Assembly (NCBI GenBank): GCA_023213395.1
Contig: CM041465.1
Location: 197,415,741-197,479,740 of the forward strand
Direction: 5' to 3'
DNA from: Cycas panzhihuaensis
Taxonomy: Eukaryota > Plantae > Cycadophyta
Length of the DNA stretch: 64,000 bases
How positions within the stretch are numbered: the first letter of the stretch is position 1; each line of letters begins with the position of its first letter. The notes beneath the pieces were generated by a model, which worked only from the letters and a program-made list of their open reading frames with translations, ran no database searches and had not been told where the DNA came from. A program made the position numbers and the translations under genes. Below are positions 13,247-26,318 of this stretch, piece by piece.

Positions 13247-16200
13247 TAATGTTAACCTTATAATCATTATTTTGCTCTGCCCTTAAGCCAAGAATGGAAG
13301 TTATAGCCTTCTCTTTGTAGGTCTAACTTCTAATGATAGATGTGTAATAGTTGTTTAATAGAATCAATTTCTTTATGTAAGGTAAATGTCAAATCAAAGG
13401 ATACTTACCAAACTCTGATAATGGAAGTGCTTAGTCTCATAGGCCTATTGATAAACCTCTTTTTAGCAATTTATAATAAGTAGCTTTGTGGCACTAACCT
13501 CTAACCATTGCACTACAAGAATTTAGTAATCATCTGGTTTCTTATTCTAGGTAAGGTAAGGAAACCTATAAGGGTTCTCTGATATATTTGAGGGTATACA
13601 CAAGACTAATTCTATAACTAAGTTCTATCTGAGGCTCGGTTCAACAAACTTGACTAAATTCCTTTACGTAAGGGTAGAAAAGCCATAATACACTTAGCCT
13701 AAGATGGCATATCATTGTGATATTTATAGACCCCTAGTATAGGGTCTTTACATTTCTAAGATGGGTAGTTGCTAAATAGAGTTATCTACTCGTGAAGATA
13801 GAGGGAGAGAACAAATAGGGTAGTTGTAAAATAGCATAATCTACTTTTAAACTAGAATTGAAAAGACTAAAATTGAAATTGAAAGAAAGTATTATAAGAG
13901 AAAGGTTACGAGTATCACCAAAGGAAAAAAAGAAAAATTTTCCTCTTTTACCTCTTAAATATCTCTATAGAATTATCGAACCTTACTCTTAAGAAGGGAA
14001 ATAATGATTAATAATCCTTTATAAGAAATCTCTGACCCTTAAATAGACAAAAGATGGTCTCTCTTTAATACTCCTATTGGCATCTCTAATGGTCCTGCAT
14101 ATCATTGGAGGATTTATTGACCCACACATAAAACATAATAGTTAATATTAGCATTTAACCCTTTGGTAGTTTCCACATGCTAGTGCCTCCTTCCACTTAA
14201 GAGATGGAGAAATATTACACCTAATAAAGAAGAGGTTTGCACCTATTGTAAGTCCTTAAATTTATGGGCTAGCATCCTTGTTTACTTAATTAGGTTGTCC
14301 ATTATTTATATATAGTCAAAATTACACATTAGTTGCATTAGAATTATATGTCACTTGCTCTTTTACTTTATTTAAGGAGTATGGTCTTTTTTCCACTAAA
14401 GACGAGGGATAATTTTCTTTCTACCTAGGCATTATTAGTAGATAAGAGAGATTATCTTATGTCTTTAGGTGTTAAGTCTCCAATATATGTTTTGAGTAGG
14501 TAGTTGAAGGGTGCCTATCCTCACCATGTATTTACACATGGGATATGAATAATTGAGTGAGTTTCATCTACCTTATTAAGAGTAGTTGCTTTATCTTCTT
14601 CACCCTTTATAAGCTTAAGGTTTATTGGAATTAGATATGGGTACTACTAGGTCACCCTCATACCTGTGTAAGTGCCATTACTAGTATTGATGAGCCTCTA
14701 CCAACTTATCCATGAGTGAATCTATCATATAGTCTTAATTGTTTTAGATCTCTCACTCTGGGTAGTCCTTTCTTTAATTCTTTAGATCAAGTTTGTTCTT
14801 TTAGGGTTAAGTAGGAGTCTGGGTTACATTAGATCAGACAACCTAGGAGGGTTTAGTTGTATATGATAGGTATATAGCTATATAGGAGTTATACGAATTT
14901 GTGCTCGATTGACCCTTCACAATATAAGGGCCCTTCGTGTGTTGGTTGGCACTTATAAGGATATTAATTATTACTTGATTGATCTTATCTCAAGCTATTA
15001 TTAGTTAGCTTTAAGTTCATGTCAATTGGTTGATGCATGATTATCTCATTTGCCTTCTTGCATCACATCTTTTATATGTTTGTTAGTTGTTTTTAGATTT
15101 TATTTTCCCCTTTCTATTTCCACTTTTTCTAACACGTCACACACACCTACATATTGCCCTTAGCCTAGTCAATTAAAATAAAATATTATCTTCCCCACAC
15201 CTTGCTTATAAGAGATGCACCAACACCCCATAGAGGGCATATTTTTATTCCCCCTCACCCTTTCAACCATTCCATAATTGTGTCTTTCATGTCCTCTTCT
15301 CGCACATATCCATGCTTATTTTCTTAAGTAAATACCTATGTATTTTTCTCTAAATAGTGATTGTGCATGATCAAGGTCCTGTAGATGTATGTTAGTGTTT
15401 CTTCACAAAATATATAAAAAGAACTATATATTTCCTTATTCCTAAGTTTTAAGTTAGGAAAAAAATAAATATTTTAGTTTAGTAGCTCCCAAAAGCATTA
15501 TTGTCATTTATAGGAAAAAGAAAGCATCTACAAGCATGGCCTATTAAATTATATCCCCTAAAAATAGTAAACATGCATAATCAACAATGTTTGCAAAATG
15601 TGGTTTGGTTTAGACACCTAATCACATGTAAAATAAGAAATATATATTAATAATATAATTACTAAAATTAAATTAAGGTCCATAACCACAATTGTACAAG
15701 TTGGACATTGTGGGGGCCACATAAGTGTTAGTTTTAGAGAGGAAGATTTTCCCTATAATAGAGAGAATATTCTTATTCAAATTAAGAATATCCTTTATGC
15801 ATTGTATAAAAGTAGTAATAATGATATATTATAATAATATAATAAGATATTCAATCAATAAAATAGAAAAATAACACATAAAAATATTCTTACAATAATA
15901 GAATTTGAAATACTTCTCATAAATAAATTTTATGAAAATTAAAATTTTAAGCTACTCTCACTACCATCTAAAAGAGATTAGATACATTCAACTCAAAAGT
16001 TAACATAATAAATAATATAGTTGACAAAATAGATTTCAAGTTATACAAGCTCTTTATGAAATTAGAATAAAAATCCAAACTAATAACAAAGAAAGTATTA
16101 AGGATACTTTATATATATGGGGTTTAGGAAAGCATACTGATATAAATTTTCACTAAAAAAAAAGTTTAATAAATAAACAAAGAAGCACAAGTGGTAAAGC

Positions 16201-17348
16201 TATAAAGTATATACCTATAGCTACAAATAGTAAAAGCTTAATATCATCTCCAAATCTATTTATACTAGCTCTAAAAGATCAACCTAGTTAAGTAACAAAA
16301 CTTAGTGATAAGAATAAGCCAATTAGTGGAAGTTAGATAACTTGAAAAATGGATATTGCACCTCCCTTAGTCAATAAATGTTCAGCTAATAGAAGACAAT
16401 ATGAGTATAAGCTTAGTCAACCATCTTCATACGTAGATATGGATAATAATTAGAAGGCTTTAGAAAAAATACCTTTGCATGGAAACAAAAATGATAATTA
16501 GAGAATTCAAAAGAAATATAGTTCCTCTTCCACCCTCAATTCTAAGAGCATAGTTATAAGTTCACAAACAAATTGTGACAAATAATAATTTGACACAAGA
16601 ATACCTAACCAACTATTTCTATCATAGATTGAAAGATCTAATGGTAAGTTATCTCTAGAAACAAACCATAAAAAGTAATATTATATACATAATATACTTA
16701 AAGAAATACTCATAGATCTATTCCTCAAATCCATGATAAAGGACTAAAAAGGTCAAACAAAGATAGTAGCATAGATAAGAAGTCACAAGAGAAAGATATT
16801 ATAATATTATCTCCTTAGGACTATCCAACCATTATATTTCCATGATGTTTTCTTACTAAAATCATCATCACTATCCCTTTTATCCATTTCAATATTAAAG
16901 GAATTTCATTAGATGTATTTATATTTCATATTTAGAGTATAATAGAAAATTGACCAAAATGTTAAGAAATTAAAGCCTATATACATAATTATTATTAGCT
17001 AACTCCCTTCTCAATGATCCAAATATTACTTTGCATTAAATCTCTTTAGTTATCTAATCATAATTTTGGTAGAATATCCTCTAAAAAATCTTAACAATAG
17101 TCTAAAATGTAGGTAAATATACCATGATTCTCTCACATATCTAAAAGTGACATCAAACTCAAAGACAACAATCTATAATACCATGGTTTAATAAATGATT
17201 GGATGGAAACTAGGAAAAGAATCTCTTGAATTATATGTTAAACACTTCTTTTATAATATAAACCAACATGTAAATTTAGTATATCTATATGATATTATAC
17301 TACATTCTCAAGGTTTGTTCCATTCAAGTAGTCTTTGAGGATAGAACC

Positions 17349-17704
17349 TATTAATATGGCAGTTGATTGTTAAGCCACTAAGTTAATGTTAATGTGGTTT
17401 AACTAAGGTGATTAAGTAAAAAGGTGCAAATTATTTAGAGGGTTACAACTCTAAGAGGGTAAAACCTCTTGGAAGAGTATAAAAGCCTTGAGCCCTTGTG
17501 TATTCAATGTGTTAAGCAATCATGCAATAATCAATGTGATCCATTAAGGATCCTTTTATGGTGGGTTTTTTCTCAAAATGGTTTTTCTACGTAAATCTTA
17601 TATACTATGCATCTATTTTCTATGTATGTATTTATTTGCTTACTATGTATGGTTAAAGATTCTATGGATGGGAACATACTTATATGATTTCATATTCCCA
17701 AATA
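17349..17704 (+). repeat. 5' LTR of element C
   Basis: Direct repeat of 23120-23468. The termini have decayed to TA...TA. Confidence 0.95.
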
Positions 17705-17716
17705 TGGTATCTGAGC
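17705..17716 (+). promoter_or_regulatory. Primer-binding site (initiator tRNA-Met) of element C
   Basis: TGGTATCTGAGC versus the canonical TGGTATCAGAGC, directly after the 5' LTR. Confidence 0.9.
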
Positions 17717-19081
17717 CATAGGGTCTTACATAGCTGAAGCCTAATGTTGAGTAGAGCAGTGAGATCATCAGTTGTTGGGTGAAGCCATCAAACCCAGGAC
17801 TTGTCCTAAGGATCCATTATCTCTAGCAATGTGCAGAAGTAGACACAATAGATCAGTGGTGGTTGGAGTAGTAAAAATCACCATTCAATAGAATATAAGT
17901 ATTTATTGGAGTTAATAATTAGATGTGAAGGCCATATTTATGGTATGAGTTAGCTCGTGTGAGGCCATCCATAGTAGGTTGATAATTTGTAATGGTGATT
18001 CAACCTAGTAGAGCACGTATTGATGGTGATTCGGCAACAGTAAAGATAACCTCACTTGTGTACATATAAATTAGGTTACTCACTCATTAAAACACCATAA
18101 AATTCAATAAAATAGGCCTATTCTTCTACTATTTACTATCAAATCATCTTTTCACACCCATGGACAATATTAGAGCTTGTTATTTATGGTTTTCTATCTA
18201 TATATATGTACTGGACTAATGTATAGCAATACTATGAGTTGATCTTAATATCAAAAGTTGTTTATTGATTGTGGCATCCTTAGTTGAGTGTGAGTCTTCT
18301 TATCACAGTTATATTCATGATTTAAACCCAAAATAGTAGTATTAACATTAGTTGGACTTTAGAATACTGTGGCTAGTCTATATAAAGGGATTATAACCAG
18401 TCAGATAATGTGTACAGTTTGATCAAAGTTAGACAGACCCACGCACGTCAGTTTAGCCTGTGCACTTCACGTGAGTGCTGGAAACTTATAAAGTGAATTA
18501 TGGATGCCTTTTTGGATATTAATGGATGCGTATACCATAGTCTACATTCGATTATATCCAAAATATATCTAGCGTATATCTTTTTTACTAATATTTGACA
18601 TGTGCATCAAGTGAAGAGCCACAAGACATTGTTAAAAGTCACAATTGATAAAATATACAATTTGGTATATTCCCTTCAATAGAATTTTATAAAAGTGACT
18701 CTTAAACCATTGATATATTATATTTACCTATTGTGAGATTATTTGGAGAATCCTTGAGTCATTTTGAGCATAGATCAAGGAGTTTTTTGGTGGTTGAGAC
18801 TTAGAGACTATGCATTTCTACCTTGTGAATCTATCTCTATTCTTAGAGCAAATTTTGAAGTGACTAAAGGGTACTTTTCGGCACTTTCAAGATCATTTAA
18901 AGGTATTTTTAAGTCATTTATAAAGGGAGAACAATTGGTAACTCACTTAACGCGTGTATTATCAGTGTTTGGTGCCCTTTTGAGGGTGCCCTTGAGCTAG
19001 AGAAGGACATAGGGGTGTTTTTTTGTCTAGAAAATAATCATTTTGGTGTTGTTTATTGTATATTGAAGCTTGTTTCTCAAG

Positions 19082-22000
19082 ATGGAGTGCCTTATACCCG
19101 AGGTTATCTTCAACGGTAATAATTTTAGCAAGTGGAAGGCTAGTATGGAGCTTATTTTAATGATGAACCAACTTTGGGGTATCACTAAGGCTAAGGTGGA
19201 CATGATTCCACAAGATCATAAAGAGTGTGTTCATCTTGAAGAGAAGAAATTTATGGTAATGGGATTATTGAAATTGTTACTAGTGCTAGACTAGAGAGCT
19301 TTTGTTCACAATCTAGACCAACCTGATGAAATATGGATAAAATTGTGTGAAACCTTTGAGAAGAAGAAGATGAATAAACATCTTACCTTGAGGTTAGAGT
19401 TACTCAATTCATATGTGGAAGATGAGAACAACATCAACTACTACCTAAATAAGATCACAGACTTAAAGAACAAGCTAGAAGGACTAAAGTAGAACTCCAT
19501 TGATGATGCCTTACTATTTGTAATAATCATATCAAAGCTACCAACTATGTTTGCTACTTTCTTGACAATTTATGATAAAGATGAGGTGATGGAGGTAAAA
19601 ACATTTGATAAGCTTGAAAACCTAATTTTAATAGAGGATGTTAAGCTTAAACATCATAGTATACTTAGAGGTTCTAAATCAAGTCGGACCTTAGCCATGA
19701 AGACTCAAAGGAAGGAGTCCCATAAGGAGGAGAAGATTATATAGAGGTTAGGAGAAAGTTCACAAGACAAGAAGAAGTTCAATGGAAAATACAATTACTA
19801 TAAGAAGGATGGTCGCGGAGAGAAGAACTATTGATTCAAAAGATATGACATGTATAAAGTAAATCAGGATGATAAAGGGAAAGCATTAGTACTTACTATA
19901 TCCAAGAAAAAACCTTATCAGTTAAGTCAGATCAGAGATATTTTTGGGTGCTTAACTTTGGAGCATAGAAGCATATCTCTTACTAGAAGCACAACTTTGA
20001 TATGGTGATAAAAAATCAAAGTGGTACATAAATTGTCCTTGGAGATGCTCATGTTTTGTCAGTGGAATGTATTGGCAAAATATCCATTATAAAAGTTAAG
20101 TTTACTAGGGTATACTATGTACCCAAGATGCAGTTAAACCTTCTTTTAGCCCATATAATCTGTAAACAAGGCATGAAGGTATAGCTTTGCAATGATAAAT
20201 GCCTAATTAAGGATCCAAAGTAGAACTTCTCAGTCATTACTACTGGTAAATTTAGGGACAACTTTTAGGTGTTTGAGAAATTTCAATCTCAGAAGAAGTC
20301 TTATGCCTTTATTGCTAGCACTGATGACATGAGTAAACTTTGGCATAATCACTTAGGACACCTTAACTATAAGAGAATTTCACTACTTAAAGAGGTTAAT
20401 TTGGTGGAAGGATTAACATTGGTTTCCTGCTTAGAGGGTGTATGTGAAGGGTGTATATATGGTAAGCATCAATACTACCCTTTTGCTTAGGAGAATGTCT
20501 GGAGAGCCAAGGAGAAGTTAGAGCTTGTGCATTCAGATGTAATGGGACCACTCCCTAACCCCTCTATATTAGGAGCTCATTACACCCTTATGTTTGTAGA
20601 TAACTACACTAAGAAGGCCTAGGTCTACTTTCTCAAAAGTAAGTCAAATGTATTTAATAACTTCTGTAACTAGAAAGTGATGGTATAAAATGAATGTGAT
20701 AAGAAGATTAAACTGTTAAGAAGTGATAATGGTAAGAAATACGACAATTATGCATTTAATCAATTCTATCATGATCATGGTATAAAGTAAGAATTTATAG
20801 TCTCGTATAACCCACAATAGAATGGAGTTACTAAATGAAAGAATCATACCATGATGGAGATGGCAAGGTATATGGTGTACACTAAAAACTTACCATCGAT
20901 ATTTTAGGCAAAGGCTATGGTGACTGTTGTCTATATTCTAAATTGGGTACCTACTTAAGTAATTCAAAGCATGACCCCCAAAGAAAAACGGACCAATCAA
21001 ACGGCTATCATTAGCCACTTAAGAACCTTTGGGTGTATTGCATACGCCTACATCCCAGATGATACTCATAAGAAGCTGGATCAGAAGAGTCTAAAGTGCA
21101 TATTCATGGGGTATTATAATGAGAATAAAGCTTACAAACTATGGAATACACAAGGGAAGATGATTGTGGTTAGTCGGGATGTGATGAGTCATCAATATAT
21201 CATACGGAAAGATCATCAGAGGATCCTTTTTTCCTACTACTTCTCTTATTCCTAGATTCATCAAGTGAAGAGGATGTTGAGCCAGTCGCTAGAACATTTA
21301 AGGAAGCTAGACCAAGTGAGTTGTATAATAGTGAAGAGCTACTGTGAGAAGAAGTACCTCCAACAATGGGTTCTTCTATACCTTTATGGGTAAGGAAGTT
21401 TATCAAAGATTTTGGTATGGCAATGCAAACCCTGACTAATGATAAAAGAATAAGAAGTTAACATGCGATTCAAACTCTACTGGTAGATACAAAAACTCTA
21501 GTGATCCTAATTTATTTGATGAGGCAAAATGAGATCCATGTTGGAGAGCTATGATGGAGGAGGAGTATAGTTCACTGATGAAGAATAATATGTGGGATTT
21601 AGTTCTACTCTCTCTAACAAAGAACCTTATTAGATACAAGTAGGTCTATAAGATGAAGTTCTAGTCCAATGGAGAGGTGGACAAGTACAAGGCTAGAACT
21701 GTCACTCAAGGATTTAAGCAAAAGGAAGGAATTAACTATGAGGAGACATTTGCACCAGTCTCTAGAATGACAATGGTCTACTTGATCATTTCCTTAGCAA
21801 CTACTTATGGTTGGGAGTTATACTAGATGGACGCCAAGTCCACATTCCTTAATGGAGATCTAAATGAGGAGATATACATGTTGTAGCCTCTGGGATTCAT
21901 TAAGGAAGGCTAAGTTAAAGAAGTCAATCTATCGCCTGAAATAATCACCCCATGCTTGGTATGAAAAGATGGATGCTAAGTTGAAACCTGAAGGTTTTGA

Positions 22001-23010
22001 GATTTTAGAAATTGGCTTGAACCTATATATGAAAAGAAGATGGAATTTAATAGTTGCTTGCGTGGTGTATGTAGATGATTTAATCATTGGCAGTAACTAT
22101 GGCAAGACTATTGTTGAAGTTAAGTCTAATTTAGGAGCTTTATTTAATATGATAGATCTCATGAGACTTTACTATTTCATGGGCATTTAGATTAGGAAGA
22201 TGGATGATCAGATTGTGTTGTTGCAGTTGTAGTACATGAAGAACTTAATGGATAAGTTTAGGATGTAGAATTACAAACTTGTTGCAATACCATGTGTAAA
22301 GGGTACAAGGTTATAGAAGGATATGGCTAAACCCTCTGTAGATGGAATGAAGTATTGCCAGTTAGTAGGGAGTCTGATCAACTTGACTCATACTAGACCA
22401 GATATCACCTACACTATTAGATTAGTTTCCCACTATATGCAAAATCCTCAGGAGCCTCATTTGGTTGCAGCGAAGTAGATTCTAAAATACTTGAAGGAGA
22501 CAATCAATCTTGGTCTCAAATACCATTGAGGTGAAGAGATAAGATTGTATGGCAACGCATATGTTGATTGGGGAGGAGATTCTGATGATTGGATTTCCAT
22601 TATTGGATACCTATTTAGTGTTAGTAATGGATTTATTTTGTGGCAGTCAAAGAAGTAGTAAATAGTGGTACTATCTTCTACAGAGGTTGAATATCAAGGA
22701 CTTAGTACTGGTGTAAAAGAAGTTGTATGGTTGTAAGGTCTCTTGGAGTTTCTTAGAGTTTTAAATGGATATCTAATTATCTTTGTTGATAATCAGAGTA
22801 CCATTTATTTGTTGAAGAATCTAGAGTTTTATACAAGTACGAAGCATATTAGGATTCACCACCATTACATCTATGAATAGATCAAGTCAAGGAAGTTGTA
22901 GGTTAACTATTGTCTGAGTGAATTCCATCTTGTAGATGTATTCACCAAGCCACTCACTGAAGATCATTTCATGAAGATACATACCCAATTAGGATTTACC
23001 AATGTTATCC
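19082..23010 (+). pseudogene. Degenerate copia gag-pol of element C
   Basis: ORF fragments 19070..19294 (gag N-terminus), 20269..20490 (GAG-pre-integrase), 20971..21255 (HLRTFGCIAY...KLDQKSLKCIFMGY), 21969..22190 (YVDD); RNase H VDVFTKPL near 22935. Confidence 0.93.
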
Positions 23011-23119
23011 TTGAGGGAGGATGTATTGATAAGGATAAAGAAGCTGCAGGATCGTCCTAACCTTTGTGATAACATAATTGTTGCAATTAGCAGGCTCCCC
23101 ACATTTACATTAAGGGGGA

Positions 23120-23468
23120 TGTTAATATGGCAATTGATTATTAAACCACTAAGTTGATGTTAATGTAATTTAACTAAGGTGATTAAGTGAAAATGTGCAA
23201 ATTATTCGGAGAGTTATAACTCTAGTAGGGTAATACCTCTTGGAAGAGTATAAAAGTCTTGAGCCTTTGTGTATTCAATGTATCAAGCAATTATCCAATA
23301 ATCAATGCAATCCATAAAGGATCCTTTTGTGGTGGGTTTTTTCCCAAAAGGGTTTTCCCACGCAAATCCTATACACTGTGCATCTGTATATGTATTTCTT
23401 TGCTTACTATCTATGGTTAAAGACTCTGTGGATGGGAACATACCTATATGATTTCATATTCCTAAACA
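23120..23468 (+). repeat. 3' LTR of element C
   Basis: TG...CA, preceded by the PPT and followed by the TSD. Confidence 0.95.
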
Positions 23469-24259
23469 AAACCTTTTAAGAGGTAAAGGCCTATAATTAA
23501 CCTAATTAATTGATAATTAAGTAGTGATTAATATTATAAAAGGAGTTGACTATTCTTTCTTAATGTTATAACCCTTTATTTAATAATATAAATATACTTA
23601 ACTTGCCAATATATATCACCATTCAACATTGTAATCAATTATGTTTATGAATATTTAGTCTTTGGCCTATAAGCCCTTGTGCATAAGAGAATGATTAGTA
23701 ATGACACCTCACCTCATTTTATTATTTCCATTATAACATTCTTGTATCAAATCATATTACAAAAATGTTTAAACCATTAGAAAGTTATTTTTGTAGCTTT
23801 AATTTGATATATAGTATGACCACTTTTGGTCTTGTATTGACATAGATATTATAGACCAAAATTAACTTAAGTGATTTTAAGGTAAATTATAAGAATCTTA
23901 TATATTTAATATTTTTGTTGTAACTTTTTCATTTGATGTCAATTTTCTGAAGCATTAGTTCTATCATAATCCTTATTTCTATGACTTAAAAATAAATAGT
24001 GATACTTCTATATTAGGTTTTATTTTCTATTATTCTTAAGCTTAAACTTACATCGATATATTAACCTAGCTCCCTATAAGATGTATGGAATATTTAATAA
24101 CTTTCTTTAAGGTTATTTAGATGATTAACTTATTTTCCATTACTCTTGAGTTCTCAGTATTTGTTTTGATTTAGGGTTTTATCAAAAATATATAAATAAA
24201 GAAAAAAGGAGGGGTGGGGGTAGGGTGGGGGCGGAGGGAATCATATAAGGATATGGTCT

Positions 24260-24651
24260 TTAACTAAGATAAAAGTTCCTAACTTTGGTATTAATGGTCC
24301 TATAAGTTTTGATGACTTGATTGCAACCTTTTCAAGATTCATTAAAGAAATCAACTTAAAGAATGGATACAAGTAAATTAGAGAGGCCTCTATGCATTTA
24401 GAAGATGATCTCATGTGGTGAGTATGATCCTGGCATTCCAAGTATAATATTACCTATTAGGATGATTTTTTTATAGCTCTTTGACACCAAGTTGAAGAAA
24501 AGACTTCCATTCAAAAAAAACTAGAGTTCCTTGGAAGCAAAAATAAGAGCTGTAAAGTCTCAAGGACATCTAATCATAGTAGACATTAATCTTTCTTCTT
24601 ATACTTATATTGAGTATGATATGGAAGTCCCTATTGTAGTAGCATCAAATG
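24260..24651 (+). pseudogene. Ty3/gypsy gag (retrotrans_gag) remnant, truncated duplicate of ~30240-30694
   Basis: KIKVPNFG...NGYK*IREASMHLEDDLMW*V...YNIT resembles the gypsy gag KV..ASMHLEG.A..WW...ITW motif. Confidence 0.55.
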
Positions 24652-24917
24652 TTCTATTTTCATCTTTTTTCCACTCATCCTACTATGATTATTACCTATA
24701 CCACTCTAATTTCTCCTCATACCATGCTAATTTTTGATATCTTATTTTAATTTTTGCTCATAATGGTCAAAAAGTAAAGATTTATAGTACCATAAAGAAT
24801 CTTCGTGATATCACAAGGAACTTCATAGTACGCATTTTTTTACTTTGAATTTCTTTTAGACCTATATTTGGTCACATATTTATGGTATTAAGATGCAAGT
24901 CTTCTTAACGATTTCAT

Positions 24918-25062
24918 TAAACCAATGGGTTGCCCATGGGTTTGAGTTGAAACCATGGGATATTTATTGCCCATCCATTGGTTTGGCCCTAAAATCATGG
25001 ATTTTTACCCATGGTTTTGGCCCATGGTTTCCCTTAATATATAGGCCTAAAACCATGGGACC
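24918..25062. repeat. Cluster of palindromic CCATGG-core repeats in both orientations
   Basis: cccatggg, aaccatggg, acccatggtt, cccatggttt and aaaccatggg, plus the inverted pair aaaccaatgg / ccattggttt. Confidence 0.7.
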
Positions 25063-26318
25063 AAGTCTTCACCTCTTTCTATTTATTCCTCTTAATTTCA
25101 TAGGAAAGGAGGAGTCATTTCTAAGTCGCTTGAGTTATCATTATGTTGTCAAATTTTTGCTAAATTTCTTGTGCTAATTCTACATTCACCATTGGCTTCC
25201 ACTCTTGACTTGAGGTTTGAATACTAGATATTATTTGAGTTTTTTTTGGTTATAGTAGATTATCATTAGAATCCCTCCTTCTCTCAAAACAAGGGTAATA
25301 CCCCCTCTACTTTATTAGGATTTACATCCCTTCCACAAGATTCTACATGCTTGTTTTTAGGAATTGAATCACTTCTTTTATACTTGTTCACTGTTGTGAT
25401 TTTAGCTTTCCTTATTTTGCATGTTTCACCTCTTTTATTTGTTGGTGTCTTGTAATCAAAAGGGGGCTCAATACTACTTATTAAGACTCCAAAAAGGGTA
25501 GCTAATTTTCCATTTCTAAACCCTTTTTTCCCACCATTCATCTATTTATTTTAATAGTCATGCTAGTTTTAGTTTAGTGGCTTTTTGATCTTACATATTA
25601 TATGTATTTTGTAACAAACTAAGTTGTGCAGGTCAAGGAGCCTTTTGGTAAGTTTGTGTGTAGGTTGAGGAGCATTTGGGGCTATTGGGTGAGTCTTCTC
25701 TCTCTCTCCCCTCTTTCATTCTTCTTCCCATGAAAGTCAAGTGCTTATTATGTAGTTGTTGTGTTACTAAAATTTTATCAGAAAGTCTATAAGAAGGTTG
25801 CATTAAAGTCTATTTCAAATGTGATTTCTATCATTTTTAGTTTTAATATAGTTTTTCCATCATAGTTTGATATGGTAAGCAAAAATGTTACCAACTTTTT
25901 TTTCTAGAAATTGATCTTGATATCACAAGTTGACCTTACATGTTGCAAGATTTTTTGGTAATTTAGAGAGTTAATAATTACTTAAAAAGGGGGTTGAATT
26001 GATTATTTAGCACATCCCACCAGATATTCTTTGTAAAATCCCAACTTCGTAGGTTCAATTGTAAAGAAAAAGGGCTTAGAAATCATTACTTTACTTTCTA
26101 TATTTATTTCAAAAGAAAAAATGGTAGGGAAAGAGTCAGTTTGCCTATTGTTTAAGCATTGTTGCCTGCTCTTCCCTTACCTTGCATGTAGGATTTCATT
26201 TTTAAAAGAAAGGACAAAATAAAAAGAACAAAAAATAAGGGTTAAAAAGATTTTTTTTAAAAAGTTTAATTTTCATACTATATTTTTATTTTTATTTTGG
26301 CATGTGTCTTCTTAAAGT

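Larger units (their letters stand above)
17349..23468 (+). mobile_element. Full-length Ty1/copia element C with both LTRs, tRNA-iMet PBS, PPT and 5 bp TSD
   Basis: LTRs 17349-17704 and 23120-23468; PBS tggtatctgagc 17705-17716; PPT aaggggga 23112-23119; TSD gaacc (17344-17348) / aaacc (23469-23473); gag FNGNNFSKWK, LWHNHLGHLN, CEGCIYGKH, RT YVDD (~22068). Confidence 0.97.
14220..24651 (+). repeat. Segmental direct duplication, copy 1 (~4.3 kb, interrupted by element C)
   Basis: Colinear with 26319-30694 from cctaat(a/g)aagaagaggtttgcacc to gtagcat(c/t)aaatg. Confidence 0.95.

Noticed and set aside
25942-26010. Sirevirus-like LTR-end motif (aaaagggggttgaat)
   Set aside because: A single degenerate motif with no partner LTR, PBS or TSD.
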